From contig JANMPT010000060.1 of assembly GCA_031370005.1 (NCBI GenBank), forward strand, positions 1-48,880: a stretch of 48,880 nucleotides of DNA. The letters run 5' to 3'. Under the pieces are notes generated by a model. That model was not told the origin of the DNA, did not search any database, and saw only the letters and a list, made by a program, of their open reading frames with translations. Each line of letters opens with the position of its first letter. The stretch's first letter is position 1. Of this stretch, positions 38,592-47,149 are shown in pieces. The DNA is from Bdellovibrionales bacterium (lineage in GTDB: Bacteria > Bdellovibrionota > Bdellovibrionia > Bdellovibrionales > Bdellovibrionaceae). The position numbers and the translations under genes are program-made.

Positions 38592-38966
38592 ATGAGCACT
38601 GCTTTAAACCAAAAAATTATCTTTGAGTGTCAAAAAAAATTACTTTCATTGCGACAAGATATTCTCAATCGTGTACGCATGTCTCAACTGGATTTTGGAC
38701 ATGTTGAGAAAAGCCGCGGCGATGAGATCGACCAGACAGTCGCACAACTTGCTGAAAATCACTTTCTTATCGCCCAAGATCGAATGCGCACTCAGCTTTT
38801 TGAAATAGCACAAGCACTTGCGCGAATTGAGAATGGCACATACGGAATTTGTGAAGAAACCGAGGAACCAATAGAGATCGATCGCCTTTTTGCCGTGCCA
38901 TGGACTCGCCTCAGCATTGAAGGTGCTGAAATTCAAGAAGCCCTGCTTCGTAAATTTGCGCGTTAG
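38592..38966 (+). CDS. DksA/TraR family protein, zinc-free type
   Basis: GDEIDQT coiled-coil tip; ALARIENGTYGICEETEEPI...RL...PWTRLSIE (only one ligand Cys). Confidence 0.88.
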   Translation: MSTALNQKIIFECQKKLLSLRQDILNRVRMSQLDFGHVEKSRGDEIDQTVAQLAENHFLIAQDRMRTQLFEIAQALARIENGTYGICEETEEPIEIDRLFAVPWTRLSIEGAEIQEALLRKFAR

Positions 38967-39103
38967 AAAAATATATTTAGAAATGCGCCCTTGCAAGGCG
39001 TTAGTTTTTTGCTGAGAATATTAGCACTCTAATTTTTTTGATGACAGCCTTTAAAGCCTTTGTAAGATGCGATTTATTAGGAAGCTTACGAAGGGGGTAA
39101 ACG

Positions 39104-39463
39104 ATGAACTCAAACGATCTGCGTGCGATCAGAGAGTCTCTCCTTTTACAGAAGAGCGCTATTCTGAACAAAACGAGCGAGTTTAAACAAGAGCAGCTAC
39201 AAACCGTAATGGTTCCTGATGAGGCTGAAGCGTCATCTATTGAACTAACTAATAGTATTTCTATTCATCTTCATGAAAGAGATCGCAACTCATTGATAAT
39301 GATTGAGCGGGCTCTTGGCAAAATTTCTGACGGTACTTACGGCCAATGTGAATGTTGTGGGGGCCTAATTGGTGCCCGCCGTCTTCAAGCTAGACCTTTT
39401 ACTACATTCTGTATTGATTGCATGGAAGACCAAGAGGGCCTGCGCAACTCTTATCAACAATAA
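39104..39463 (+). CDS. DksA/TraR family protein, C4 zinc-finger type
   Basis: ALGKISDGTYGQCECC...RLQARPFTTFCIDC; tip PDEAEAS. Confidence 0.88.
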   Translation: MNSNDLRAIRESLLLQKSAILNKTSEFKQEQLQTVMVPDEAEASSIELTNSISIHLHERDRNSLIMIERALGKISDGTYGQCECCGGLIGARRLQARPFTTFCIDCMEDQEGLRNSYQQ

Positions 39464-39550
39464 ATTCATTCTTACTCATTGGATGAGGCCTTCTGACATG
39501 GATGTCAGTCTTGATTTAATTAATTTTGCATAGACCTTAGCATTTTTCGT

Positions 39551-39578
39551 TAAAGCCTTTTTAATGCTGCTCCGACAA
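39551..39578 (+). promoter_or_regulatory. Candidate sigma28-type promoter upstream of lon
   Basis: TAAA-N16-TCCGACAA. Confidence 0.5.
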
Positions 39579-39626
39579 GTATTTCAGATAAGAAACACTT
39601 AATTCCCGCCTCAGCGGAGGAGCCAC

Positions 39627-42038
39627 ATGAGCTTTGACGAAAAAGTATTAGAGATCCCACAGACACTACCCATGTTGCCAGTTCGCGATATCGTTGTATT
39701 TCCCTACATGATCATCCCATTATTTGTTGGTCGTGAGGCTTCGATCCGCTCAGTCGAGGAGGCTTTGGCAAAAAATCGCCTTATCTTCTTGGCCTCTCAA
39801 AAGGACATCAACGAAGAAAACCCATCTCCAGAAACTGTCTATACTGTAGGCACGGTGGCGATGATCATGCGAATGAGAAAGCTTTCTGATGGTCGAGTAA
39901 AAATTTTGATTCAAGGTGTGGCGAAGGCCCGCGTAAAAAATTATGTAAAAACCACTCCTAGCTTTGAGGTCGCCGTTGAAAAAATCGACGAGTCACAATC
40001 TCAAGTTCCTGCCATTGAATCAGAGGCTTTAATAAGAACGGCAAAAGAAAATATTGAAAGAATTATTGCCTTAGGCCGACCGCTTTCTCCAGACATCTTG
40101 TTGGTTCTTGATGATGTAAACGATCCAGGCCGAGTCGCAGATCTTATTGCAAGCAATCTTGGCGTAAAGGTACAAGACGCTCAAAAAGTTCTTGAGACTT
40201 CTGACCCTAAGGAAAGACTGAAAATCGTTAACGAGCTCTTGGCTGCTGAAATTGAAGTTATGCAGATGCAAACTAAGATTCGCACCAACGCTAAAGATGA
40301 GATGTCTAAAACTCAACGTGAATACTTTTTGCGTGAGCAAATGAAGGCTATAAAAAATGAACTCGGCGAGCAAGACTCTAAGTCCGAAGAAATGGAAGAG
40401 CTTCGCGAGAAACTTGTAAATGCGGGAATGCCTCCGCAAGTTGAAACTGAAGCCTTAAAGCAATTGGCTCGTCTGGAGCGCATGCATCCAGATGCTAGTG
40501 AAGCAACAATGGTTCGTACATATCTCGACTGGATGGTTGACCTGCCTTGGTCTAAAAAGACAGAAGACATCTTAGATCTTAAAAAAGCTAAAGAAATTTT
40601 AGATGATGACCACTATGATCTTCAAAAAGCCAAGGACCGTGTTCTTGAGTTCCTGGCTGTTCGCAAGCTTAAATCAACTATGAAGGGCCCTATTCTTTGT
40701 TTTTCGGGACCTCCTGGTGTGGGTAAAACTTCTCTTGGTCGCTCTATCGCAAAGTCAATGGGCCGTGAGTATTTCAGACTTTCTCTCGGCGGCGTAAAGG
40801 ATGAGGCCGAAATTCGCGGCCACCGTCGTACGTATGTTGGCGCAATGCCCGGAAAAATAATACAGGCGCTTCGCCAGGCTAAGACAAATAATCCAGTAAT
40901 TGTTTTAGATGAGGTCGACAAATTAGGCTCTGACTTCCGTGGCGATCCCTCTGCAGCGATGCTTGAGGTTTTAGACCCAGAACAAAACTCAACCTTCCGT
41001 GATAATTATTTGAATGTTGATTTTGATCTTTCAAATGTGCTTTTCATTGCAACGGCTAACGTGTTGGAAAATATTCCACCAGCTTTGCGTGACCGTATGG
41101 AAATCATTAATATCCCTGGTTACACTGAAAACGATAAGCTTCTGATCGCAAAAAAACACCTAATCCAAAGACAAATCGAGGCAAACGGTTTAACAAATGA
41201 AAATCTTGCTTTCGATGATGACGGCATTAGATACCTTATTGCGGGCTATACGCGCGAAGCTGGCCTTCGCAACCTTGAACGCGAAATTGGCTCTATCTGT
41301 CGTAAGGTCGCTAAAATGGTTGTCATGGATGAAACAAAGTTTATTGCAATCAACGCAACCTCGGTACCAGAGCTTTTGGGCCCACCACGCTTCCTCCGCG
41401 AAGATAAGCTGGCCGACTCACAGGTTGGTATAATCCAAGGTCTTGCTTGGACGCAGGCTGGTGGTGAGGTTCTTTATGTCGAGGCTCTTAAAATGAAGGG
41501 CAAGGGCGGCTTAATGCTGACTGGCCAATTGGGTGATGTAATGAAAGAATCTGCACACGCAGCTATGAGCTATGCAAAAGCTCATATGGAAGAACTCAAT
41601 ATTCCTTCTGACTTCTTTGAGAAGTATGACATCCATGTACACTTGCCAGCTGGTGCAATACCGAAAGATGGACCCTCTGCTGGCATCACACTAACCACTG
41701 CTCTTGTAAGTCTAATGACTGACACACCAGTTCGTCATGACATTGCGATGACAGGCGAAGTAACCCTTCAGGGTCGAGTGCTTCCGGTTGGCGGCATCCG
41801 TGAAAAGTGTTTAGCTGCCTTAAACCAAGGTATTACTAACATTATTATCCCCTTTGCAAATGCAAAGGATCTCGCGGATATCCCTAAGCAGTTTAAGGAT
41901 AAAATGAATTTTATTCTGGCCGAAAACCTCGATGAGGTCTTCTCAGTCGCCTTTGATAAAACGGCTACTGGAGCTAAGAAAACCCCAGGCAATAAAAAAG
42001 ATGGGAAAAAACAAAAGGCTCCGGCTGCAGCTGCTTAA
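39627..42038 (+). CDS. lon: ATP-dependent Lon protease
   Basis: LPVRDIVVFP, GPPGVGKTS, LDEVDK, PKDGPSAG, catalytic Lys in GGIREK. Confidence 0.98.
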   Translation: MSFDEKVLEIPQTLPMLPVRDIVVFPYMIIPLFVGREASIRSVEEALAKNRLIFLASQKDINEENPSPETVYTVGTVAMIMRMRKLSDGRVKILIQGVAKARVKNYVKTTPSFEVAVEKIDESQSQVPAIESEALIRTAKENIERIIALGRPLSPDILLVLDDVNDPGRVADLIASNLGVKVQDAQKVLETSDPKERLKIVNELLAAEIEVMQMQTKIRTNAKDEMSKTQREYFLREQMKAIKNELGEQDSKSEEMEELREKLVNAGMPPQVETEALKQLARLERMHPDASEATMVRTYLDWMVDLPWSKKTEDILDLKKAKEILDDDHYDLQKAKDRVLEFLAVRKLKSTMKGPILCFSGPPGVGKTSLGRSIAKSMGREYFRLSLGGVKDEAEIRGHRRTYVGAMPGKIIQALRQAKTNNPVIVLDEVDKLGSDFRGDPSAAMLEVLDPEQNSTFRDNYLNVDFDLSNVLFIATANVLENIPPALRDRMEIINIPGYTENDKLLIAKKHLIQRQIEANGLTNENLAFDDDGIRYLIAGYTREAGLRNLEREIGSICRKVAKMVVMDETKFIAINATSVPELLGPPRFLREDKLADSQVGIIQGLAWTQAGGEVLYVEALKMKGKGGLMLTGQLGDVMKESAHAAMSYAKAHMEELNIPSDFFEKYDIHVHLPAGAIPKDGPSAGITLTTALVSLMTDTPVRHDIAMTGEVTLQGRVLPVGGIREKCLAALNQGITNIIIPFANAKDLADIPKQFKDKMNFILAENLDEVFSVAFDKTATGAKKTPGNKKDGKKQKAPAAAA

Positions 42039-42072
42039 CTTAAAACATTAAAACAAACATCGCTCCTCCCAA

Positions 42073-42113
42073 AAAGCAAAAAAGCCAGGTTTTTAACCTG
42101 GCTTTTTTGCTTT
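42073..42113. terminator. Bidirectional intrinsic terminator
   Basis: Perfect 19-bp inverted repeat AAAGCAAAAAAGCCAGGTT-ttt-AACCTGGCTTTTTTGCTTT between convergent genes. Confidence 0.9.
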
Positions 42114-42516
42114 ATTGCTTAAAGCCCCGTAGCCTTTCATTTTCACTTTCAAGAACCCTAACCAGAGTCTTTAGGTCCGCTGCTTCATCTTTAAGCATTA
42201 ACATTTGCTCTTCTTTTTCTTGAAGAACTTGTGTGTATGCTTTTTTTAACTCGGTCAGCAGCTTGTTGGCAGCAGTAAGAATCGGCTCATCAGGTTTTAC
42301 TTGATGGGTACCCACCTCCGTGAGGTCGCTTTCTAGGGAGGGGCGATGTCCACGTTGGTGGGTACTCACTGGCTCGTCAGCGATAAGGTACTTACCATCT
42401 TCGAGCCTGAACTTAATTTCCTCAGCTTTGATCCGTCTTCGTAGCGTGCTTACACTTACTTTGTATTTAGCTGAGTAGTCCATCAAAACTAACCAATTAG
42501 GCACACTAGTCATCAT
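42112..42516 (-). CDS. Small protein with N-terminal HTH-like segment and C-terminal coiled coil
   Basis: YSAKYKVSVSTLRRRIK resembles a MerR/excisionase HTH; heptad-rich C-terminus; SD GGAGA and TTGACA upstream. Confidence 0.65.
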   Translation of the reverse strand: MMTSVPNWLVLMDYSAKYKVSVSTLRRRIKAEEIKFRLEDGKYLIADEPVSTHQRGHRPSLESDLTEVGTHQVKPDEPILTAANKLLTELKKAYTQVLQEKEEQMLMLKDEAADLKTLVRVLESENERLRGFKQ

Positions 42517-42754
42517 TTCTCCGCCTACTCATCCGCTGTCTCCAGCTTGCATATTCAGTCTTATCATGTCTGAATTGCCTGTCAAATTTATCTGTTTGTT
42601 ATGTGCTTACTCAGTCAAGTTCTCGACTCTTGTCTGGGTAATCAAGCTCTTGTCCTAGACTATGGTCCTATTCAACCTTCTGTTCAAACTTTGATCAAGG
42701 CTTTTCGATCATTCTTCCGTTGATAATCTCTCAATACATGAAATAATTTTTTTA

Positions 42755-43954
42755 ATGCATATTCGCAAAAAAAAGAAAATTGCACTGGTTTTAAGTGGTG
42801 GCGGAATTAAAGCCGCTGCCTTCCATATTGGCGTCTGCTTAGCCCTTAAAGAGCTGGGGTTTCATACCGCTGGGGGCCAAAAAGAGATCGTGCGTCAAAA
42901 GTATCCTGAGGATTCACCGCTGACAATCCGCATGTATGTGGGCTCAAGCGCTGGGGCTTTTGTGGCCTCCGTTCTGGCTGCGGGCTATCCTGTTGAGTCT
43001 TTGATAAATGCATTCCAAGTTGGCTCCGGACAAGAGCCTCTCTTTACTAAGGATGATATTCAATACCTGCGCCCCATGACCTATCGTGATATTTTCAGCG
43101 TTAACGGCGTAAATATTTTAAGCCTTATCCCTGACGCCTTTTTGAGAAAGTCTTTAGTTGCCGGTGGGGTTGAAACGCTTTTGAAAAATGGGTTCAAACT
43201 CAATGGACTCTTTACAACAAAAGGCCTCGAAAAATATCTTCGCAAGGAAGTTCTCATTGAAAATGACTTTGCACGCTTGGGGGTCGAACTTTTCGTCATT
43301 GGGACTCAACTAAACCATACCCGCAAAGCAATTTTTGGAAACTTTCCTGAGAGCACTAAAACCAGAACAACAAAATATATCAACTACTCGACCATCAGCG
43401 AGGCCGTCGCCTGCTCGGCCTCATTACCGCCCGTTTTTGCCCCTTACGGAATTACTCGGCCCGACGGCAAAATGATTTACTACTTTGATGGCGAAATCAG
43501 AGACACGCTTTCAACCCATGTGGCCGCTGATCATGGTGCCGATTTGATAATTTCATCTTACTCAATTCAGCCCTACCACTATACTCCGGAAATGGGCTCG
43601 CTTCACAAATATGGAATTCCCGTAATTATTAACCAAGCTCTGTACCAAGTGATTCAGCAAAAGATCACTAAGCATATCGAATACCAATCGAATATACGCA
43701 AGATTTATCGTGAAGTGGACTCCTTCTTCACAGAACACAGGCTGCCCGAAGAGCTCCGCGATCAATTACTCGCTAAGGTAAGCCAACATGGAAAGTACAA
43801 GTCCGGAGTAGACTATATTTATATCCACCCTCGCCCACAAAATTATGAAATGTTCTTTGTTGATCATTTTAGCTTGAATCCGCAAATCTTAGCTCGAATT
43901 GTAAGGACAGGATTTAAATCCGCATACAATACGCTAAGACGCCATGATTTTTAA
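42755..43954 (+). CDS. Patatin-like phospholipase
   Basis: LVLSGGG, GSSAG nucleophile, SASLPPVF, DGE (variant of DGG). Confidence 0.88.
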   Translation: MHIRKKKKIALVLSGGGIKAAAFHIGVCLALKELGFHTAGGQKEIVRQKYPEDSPLTIRMYVGSSAGAFVASVLAAGYPVESLINAFQVGSGQEPLFTKDDIQYLRPMTYRDIFSVNGVNILSLIPDAFLRKSLVAGGVETLLKNGFKLNGLFTTKGLEKYLRKEVLIENDFARLGVELFVIGTQLNHTRKAIFGNFPESTKTRTTKYINYSTISEAVACSASLPPVFAPYGITRPDGKMIYYFDGEIRDTLSTHVAADHGADLIISSYSIQPYHYTPEMGSLHKYGIPVIINQALYQVIQQKITKHIEYQSNIRKIYREVDSFFTEHRLPEELRDQLLAKVSQHGKYKSGVDYIYIHPRPQNYEMFFVDHFSLNPQILARIVRTGFKSAYNTLRRHDF

Positions 43955-44004
43955 AATCCATTTGTGTGTGCTGACAGGCCCACGGGCTTGAAAACTCTCA
44001 ATTC

Positions 44005-44032
44005 TTGCAAGCCTTTACCTTTGGTGTACATT
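44005..44032 (+). promoter_or_regulatory. Candidate sigma70 promoter of the cytochrome operon
   Basis: TTGCAA-N16-TACATT, then SD GAGG and ATG 44050. Confidence 0.45.
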
Positions 44033-44049
44033 TCCCCTCGAGGATTTTT

Positions 44050-44709
44050 ATGTCTCCAAATATGCCACTCATTTTACTAGTAAGCCTTTTGCTTACAACA
44101 GTGTTTACTTCTGCGTTTGCCGACGGTGCCGCTATTGCACTTAACGGCAACGGTCAGGGTGCGCCGGCATGTTTTACCTGTCATGGAGCACCGGGGGAGG
44201 GCCCTCCTGCAAATGGGTTTCCCCGGCTCACTGGGCTGAGTGCTGGATATCTGCAGACACAACTTAATGCGTTCGCAAACGGTCAGAGGCAAAATGCAAT
44301 GATGACTCCCATCGCTCAAACCTTAAGCGAAAAAGAACGAGTCGAAGTCGCACGCTATTTCTCCGGGCTGGGGGGCTCAAGAGCTGCGGTAGAGGCGGCT
44401 CCAGTTATGACCTCTCTCGGTGAGCAGCTGGCTATTCAAGGCCGCTGGTCGCAAGGTTTGCCCTCATGCACACACTGTCACGGCACAATGGGCGCTGGTG
44501 TCGGCCCTGTTTTTCCAGCACTGGCAGGGCAATCATCCTTATATCTTGAAAATCAGTTGCGAGCCTGGCAGCAGGGCACGCGCGCGCCAGGCCCATTAGG
44601 CTTAATGAGCCTTATCGCAAGCAAACTGTCAGACGCAGATATTAAAGCGGTTGCGGCGTACTTCTCATCGCTGCCAACAAAAACCCCTTCGCTCAAGAAA
44701 ACACCATGA
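44050..44709 (+). CDS. Diheme cytochrome c4 (TsdB-like)
   Basis: Signal peptide (AFA), CFTCH and CTHCH, FPRLTG / FPALAGQ c4 motifs; adjacent to the tsdA-like gene. Confidence 0.88.
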   Translation: MSPNMPLILLVSLLLTTVFTSAFADGAAIALNGNGQGAPACFTCHGAPGEGPPANGFPRLTGLSAGYLQTQLNAFANGQRQNAMMTPIAQTLSEKERVEVARYFSGLGGSRAAVEAAPVMTSLGEQLAIQGRWSQGLPSCTHCHGTMGAGVGPVFPALAGQSSLYLENQLRAWQQGTRAPGPLGLMSLIASKLSDADIKAVAAYFSSLPTKTPSLKKTP

Positions 44710-45689
44710 AGACTCAAACATCTGTCCGCTTGACTATTATTATCATTGCCGCAGCTGCAGGTTTAATCTTTATGATGGCACGGGACGGCTCCGACAATGC
44801 TGAGACTGTAAAGGTCAAAAAAACCCCCACAATTACAGCCAGTGCAACTAAAACCGCAGGCTTATTCCAGCCACCGCTTGAGCAAGACATGCCCAAGAAT
44901 GAGTTCGGTAAAACCATAAAAATGGGCGAGGATATTTTCACGAATACCGCCCTTTATGCGAGACAATATATAGGTCCGACCAATCTCAATTGCCGCAGTT
45001 GTCATCTGGATGCTGGCCGTCTCGCTCACTCGGCGCCATTATGGGCAGCTTATGTTGGCTACCCAGCATTTCGAAGCAAGAACAAGCATGTGAACACGTT
45101 CTCGGAGCGCTTGCAGGGTTGCTTTAAATACAGCATGAATGGCAAAGCCCCGCCCCTTGGCGATCCTGTGTTAGTAGCTCTAGAGAGTTATTCCTATTGG
45201 TTGGCGAGCGGCGCGCCTATTGATCCGAAAATACCTGGCCGCGGTTATCCGGCGGTCCCGGAGCCTCCTTTGCCAAGAGATTTTGAGCGCGGTCGCTTGG
45301 TATATGAGCAACACTGCTCTTTGTGTCACGGAGACAATGGCGCTGGTCAACTGGATGCCAACGGACAACCGAACTTTCCAGCCTTGTGGGGTGCAAAATC
45401 TTTCAACTGGGGTGCTGGTATGGCGAGCCTGAAGAATGCTTCAGGCTTCATCAAGGCCAATATGCCTTTGGGTTTGGGCGGTAGCCTGAGCGACCAGCAA
45501 GCGTGGGATGTTGCCACCTTCATGAACAGCCATGAGCGGCCCCAAGATCCGCGTTTCAATGGCTCTGTCGCAGCAACGCGCGCCAAATATCACAACTCTC
45601 CTAATGACCTTTATGGCACCACGGTGAACGGGCAGCTATTAGGCTCTGGGGCCGTCGCTCCGCAAACCCGACAGAAAGGTACCCGATGA
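44706..45689 (+). CDS. tsdA: Thiosulfate dehydrogenase/tetrathionate reductase TsdA-like diheme cytochrome
   Basis: CRSCH and CSLCH; RLQGCFKYSMNG (active-site Cys motif); GRGYP; PALWGAKSFNWGAGM; FIKANMP. Confidence 0.8.
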   Translation: MKTQTSVRLTIIIIAAAAGLIFMMARDGSDNAETVKVKKTPTITASATKTAGLFQPPLEQDMPKNEFGKTIKMGEDIFTNTALYARQYIGPTNLNCRSCHLDAGRLAHSAPLWAAYVGYPAFRSKNKHVNTFSERLQGCFKYSMNGKAPPLGDPVLVALESYSYWLASGAPIDPKIPGRGYPAVPEPPLPRDFERGRLVYEQHCSLCHGDNGAGQLDANGQPNFPALWGAKSFNWGAGMASLKNASGFIKANMPLGLGGSLSDQQAWDVATFMNSHERPQDPRFNGSVAATRAKYHNSPNDLYGTTVNGQLLGSGAVAPQTRQKGTR

Positions 45690-47149
45690 GCGATCCGCAA
45701 GAAAGTGTGCAAACTAAGCATCACGCAGGACACAAGGGTGGCCCTCCGTTAAGCTTCGTCGCCGGGGCCAAAGCCGCACATGTCGAAACCCAGCTTATAC
45801 GAGCGCATGTATTTGCTGCTTTGGCGGGTTTAATCCTCGCGGCCCTATTTGGCACAGCTGTCGCCATCAAGTTGGTACATCCGGATTTTCTCGGAGGTCA
45901 AATGGCGTCCGCTTGGGGCTCGATGCGGGCCAGTCACACTCAGGGCATTCTTTTTGGCTGGCTTGGCAATACCTTTCTGGCCTTTCTCTATTTCGTTGTT
46001 CCACGCTTGGGCAACCGCGCAGTCATGAGTCGTCGCCTTGGGTGGACCGTGTTCGCCCTGTGGAATGGTGGCGTGGTGCTCCTCGGGTGGCTTCTCGTGG
46101 CAATCAACCCAACAAATTTTTTTTGGGCGATTAAACCATTGGAATGGACAGAGTTTCCGCTGGCGGTCAATTTCGTGACTGAGTTTTGTCTGGTCCTCAT
46201 TGCCTTGCAGTTCATCCCTCCTCTTCTGCGCAAGCCCAATGAGGATGGCATTTACGTTTCGTCCTGGTACATTATCGGCGGACTCGTCTTTACGCTGCTA
46301 GCGTTTCCTGTCGGCAGCCTGGTGCCACAACTCGTGCCTGGAGCAATCGGAGCGGCGTTCAGCGGTCTCTGGATTCACGATGCAATTGGCCTGTTTGTTA
46401 CTCCACTAGCTCTGGCCATGGCATATTACATTTTTCCCGTCCGTACTGGACAACCCATCCACAGTCATTTCTTGTCCATGATCGGCTTCTGGTTGCTGTT
46501 TTTTGCCTATCCGCTCAATGGAACCCATCACTACGTTTACTCTTCAATACCAATGGATACACAACGTGCCGCCATCGTAGCGTCGCTGATAATGGGCCTC
46601 GACGTGATCCTCGTAGTGCTCAATTTATTGTTGTCGCTTCGAGGTCAGGCGGCAAAAGTTCGTGGAGATGTTTCTTTGCTGTTTGTGTGGACAGGCGTCG
46701 TATTTTATCTCGTGGTCAGCCTGCAAGGTTCGCTGCAAGCGCTTATGCCACTGCAGCGCCACATCCACTTTACTGACTGGGTTATTGGCCACTCTCATTT
46801 GGCGATGCTGGGCTTTGCCAGCTTCATCAGCTTAGGTTCACTCATCCACGTCTGGCAACGTAGTCGCTTCGTCTATAACCAAGCCTACATGAATCTCTCT
46901 TACTGGTTAATTTTAGGCGGCCTAACCGTAATGGTTATTGATCTAAGCGTTGCCGGCCTAATACAAGGCGAGCTCTGGGCAAGCGGCGCTCCTTGGCTTG
47001 AAAGTGTGCGCGCATCTATTCCTTACTGGTGGATAAGAGTGGCCTCTGCCGTGCCACTCCTACTTGGCTTTACAGCGTACATTGCCGGTTTACTTGTGAA
47101 GCCTACAAACCTGTCAGAGACCTCTTTACAGGAGAATAATCATGGCTGA
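45686..47149 (+). CDS. Heme-copper oxidase subunit I, C-family (cbb3/CcoN-like), divergent
   Basis: About 12 TM helices; six His: RASHTQG, WIHDAIG, GTHH, GHSH; LEWTEFP, IYVSSWY, HFTDWVIGH resemble CcoN blocks. Confidence 0.85.
   Translation: MSDPQESVQTKHHAGHKGGPPLSFVAGAKAAHVETQLIRAHVFAALAGLILAALFGTAVAIKLVHPDFLGGQMASAWGSMRASHTQGILFGWLGNTFLAFLYFVVPRLGNRAVMSRRLGWTVFALWNGGVVLLGWLLVAINPTNFFWAIKPLEWTEFPLAVNFVTEFCLVLIALQFIPPLLRKPNEDGIYVSSWYIIGGLVFTLLAFPVGSLVPQLVPGAIGAAFSGLWIHDAIGLFVTPLALAMAYYIFPVRTGQPIHSHFLSMIGFWLLFFAYPLNGTHHYVYSSIPMDTQRAAIVASLIMGLDVILVVLNLLLSLRGQAAKVRGDVSLLFVWTGVVFYLVVSLQGSLQALMPLQRHIHFTDWVIGHSHLAMLGFASFISLGSLIHVWQRSRFVYNQAYMNLSYWLILGGLTVMVIDLSVAGLIQGELWASGAPWLESVRASIPYWWIRVASAVPLLLGFTAYIAGLLVKPTNLSETSLQENNHG

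Noticed and set aside
43955..44049. FNR/Anr box upstream of the oxidase operon
   Set aside because: No TTGAT-N4-ATCAA match seen.
44706..45689. SoxA assignment
   Set aside because: No soxXYZB genes nearby; the CFxxSMNG and LWGxxSFNxGAGM blocks and the c4 partner fit TsdA.
45686..47149. Nitric oxide reductase (NorB/qNOR) assignment
   Set aside because: It lacks the HLWVEG Glu motif, retains the helix VII Tyr and has a CcoO-type partner; a C-family oxidase fits better.
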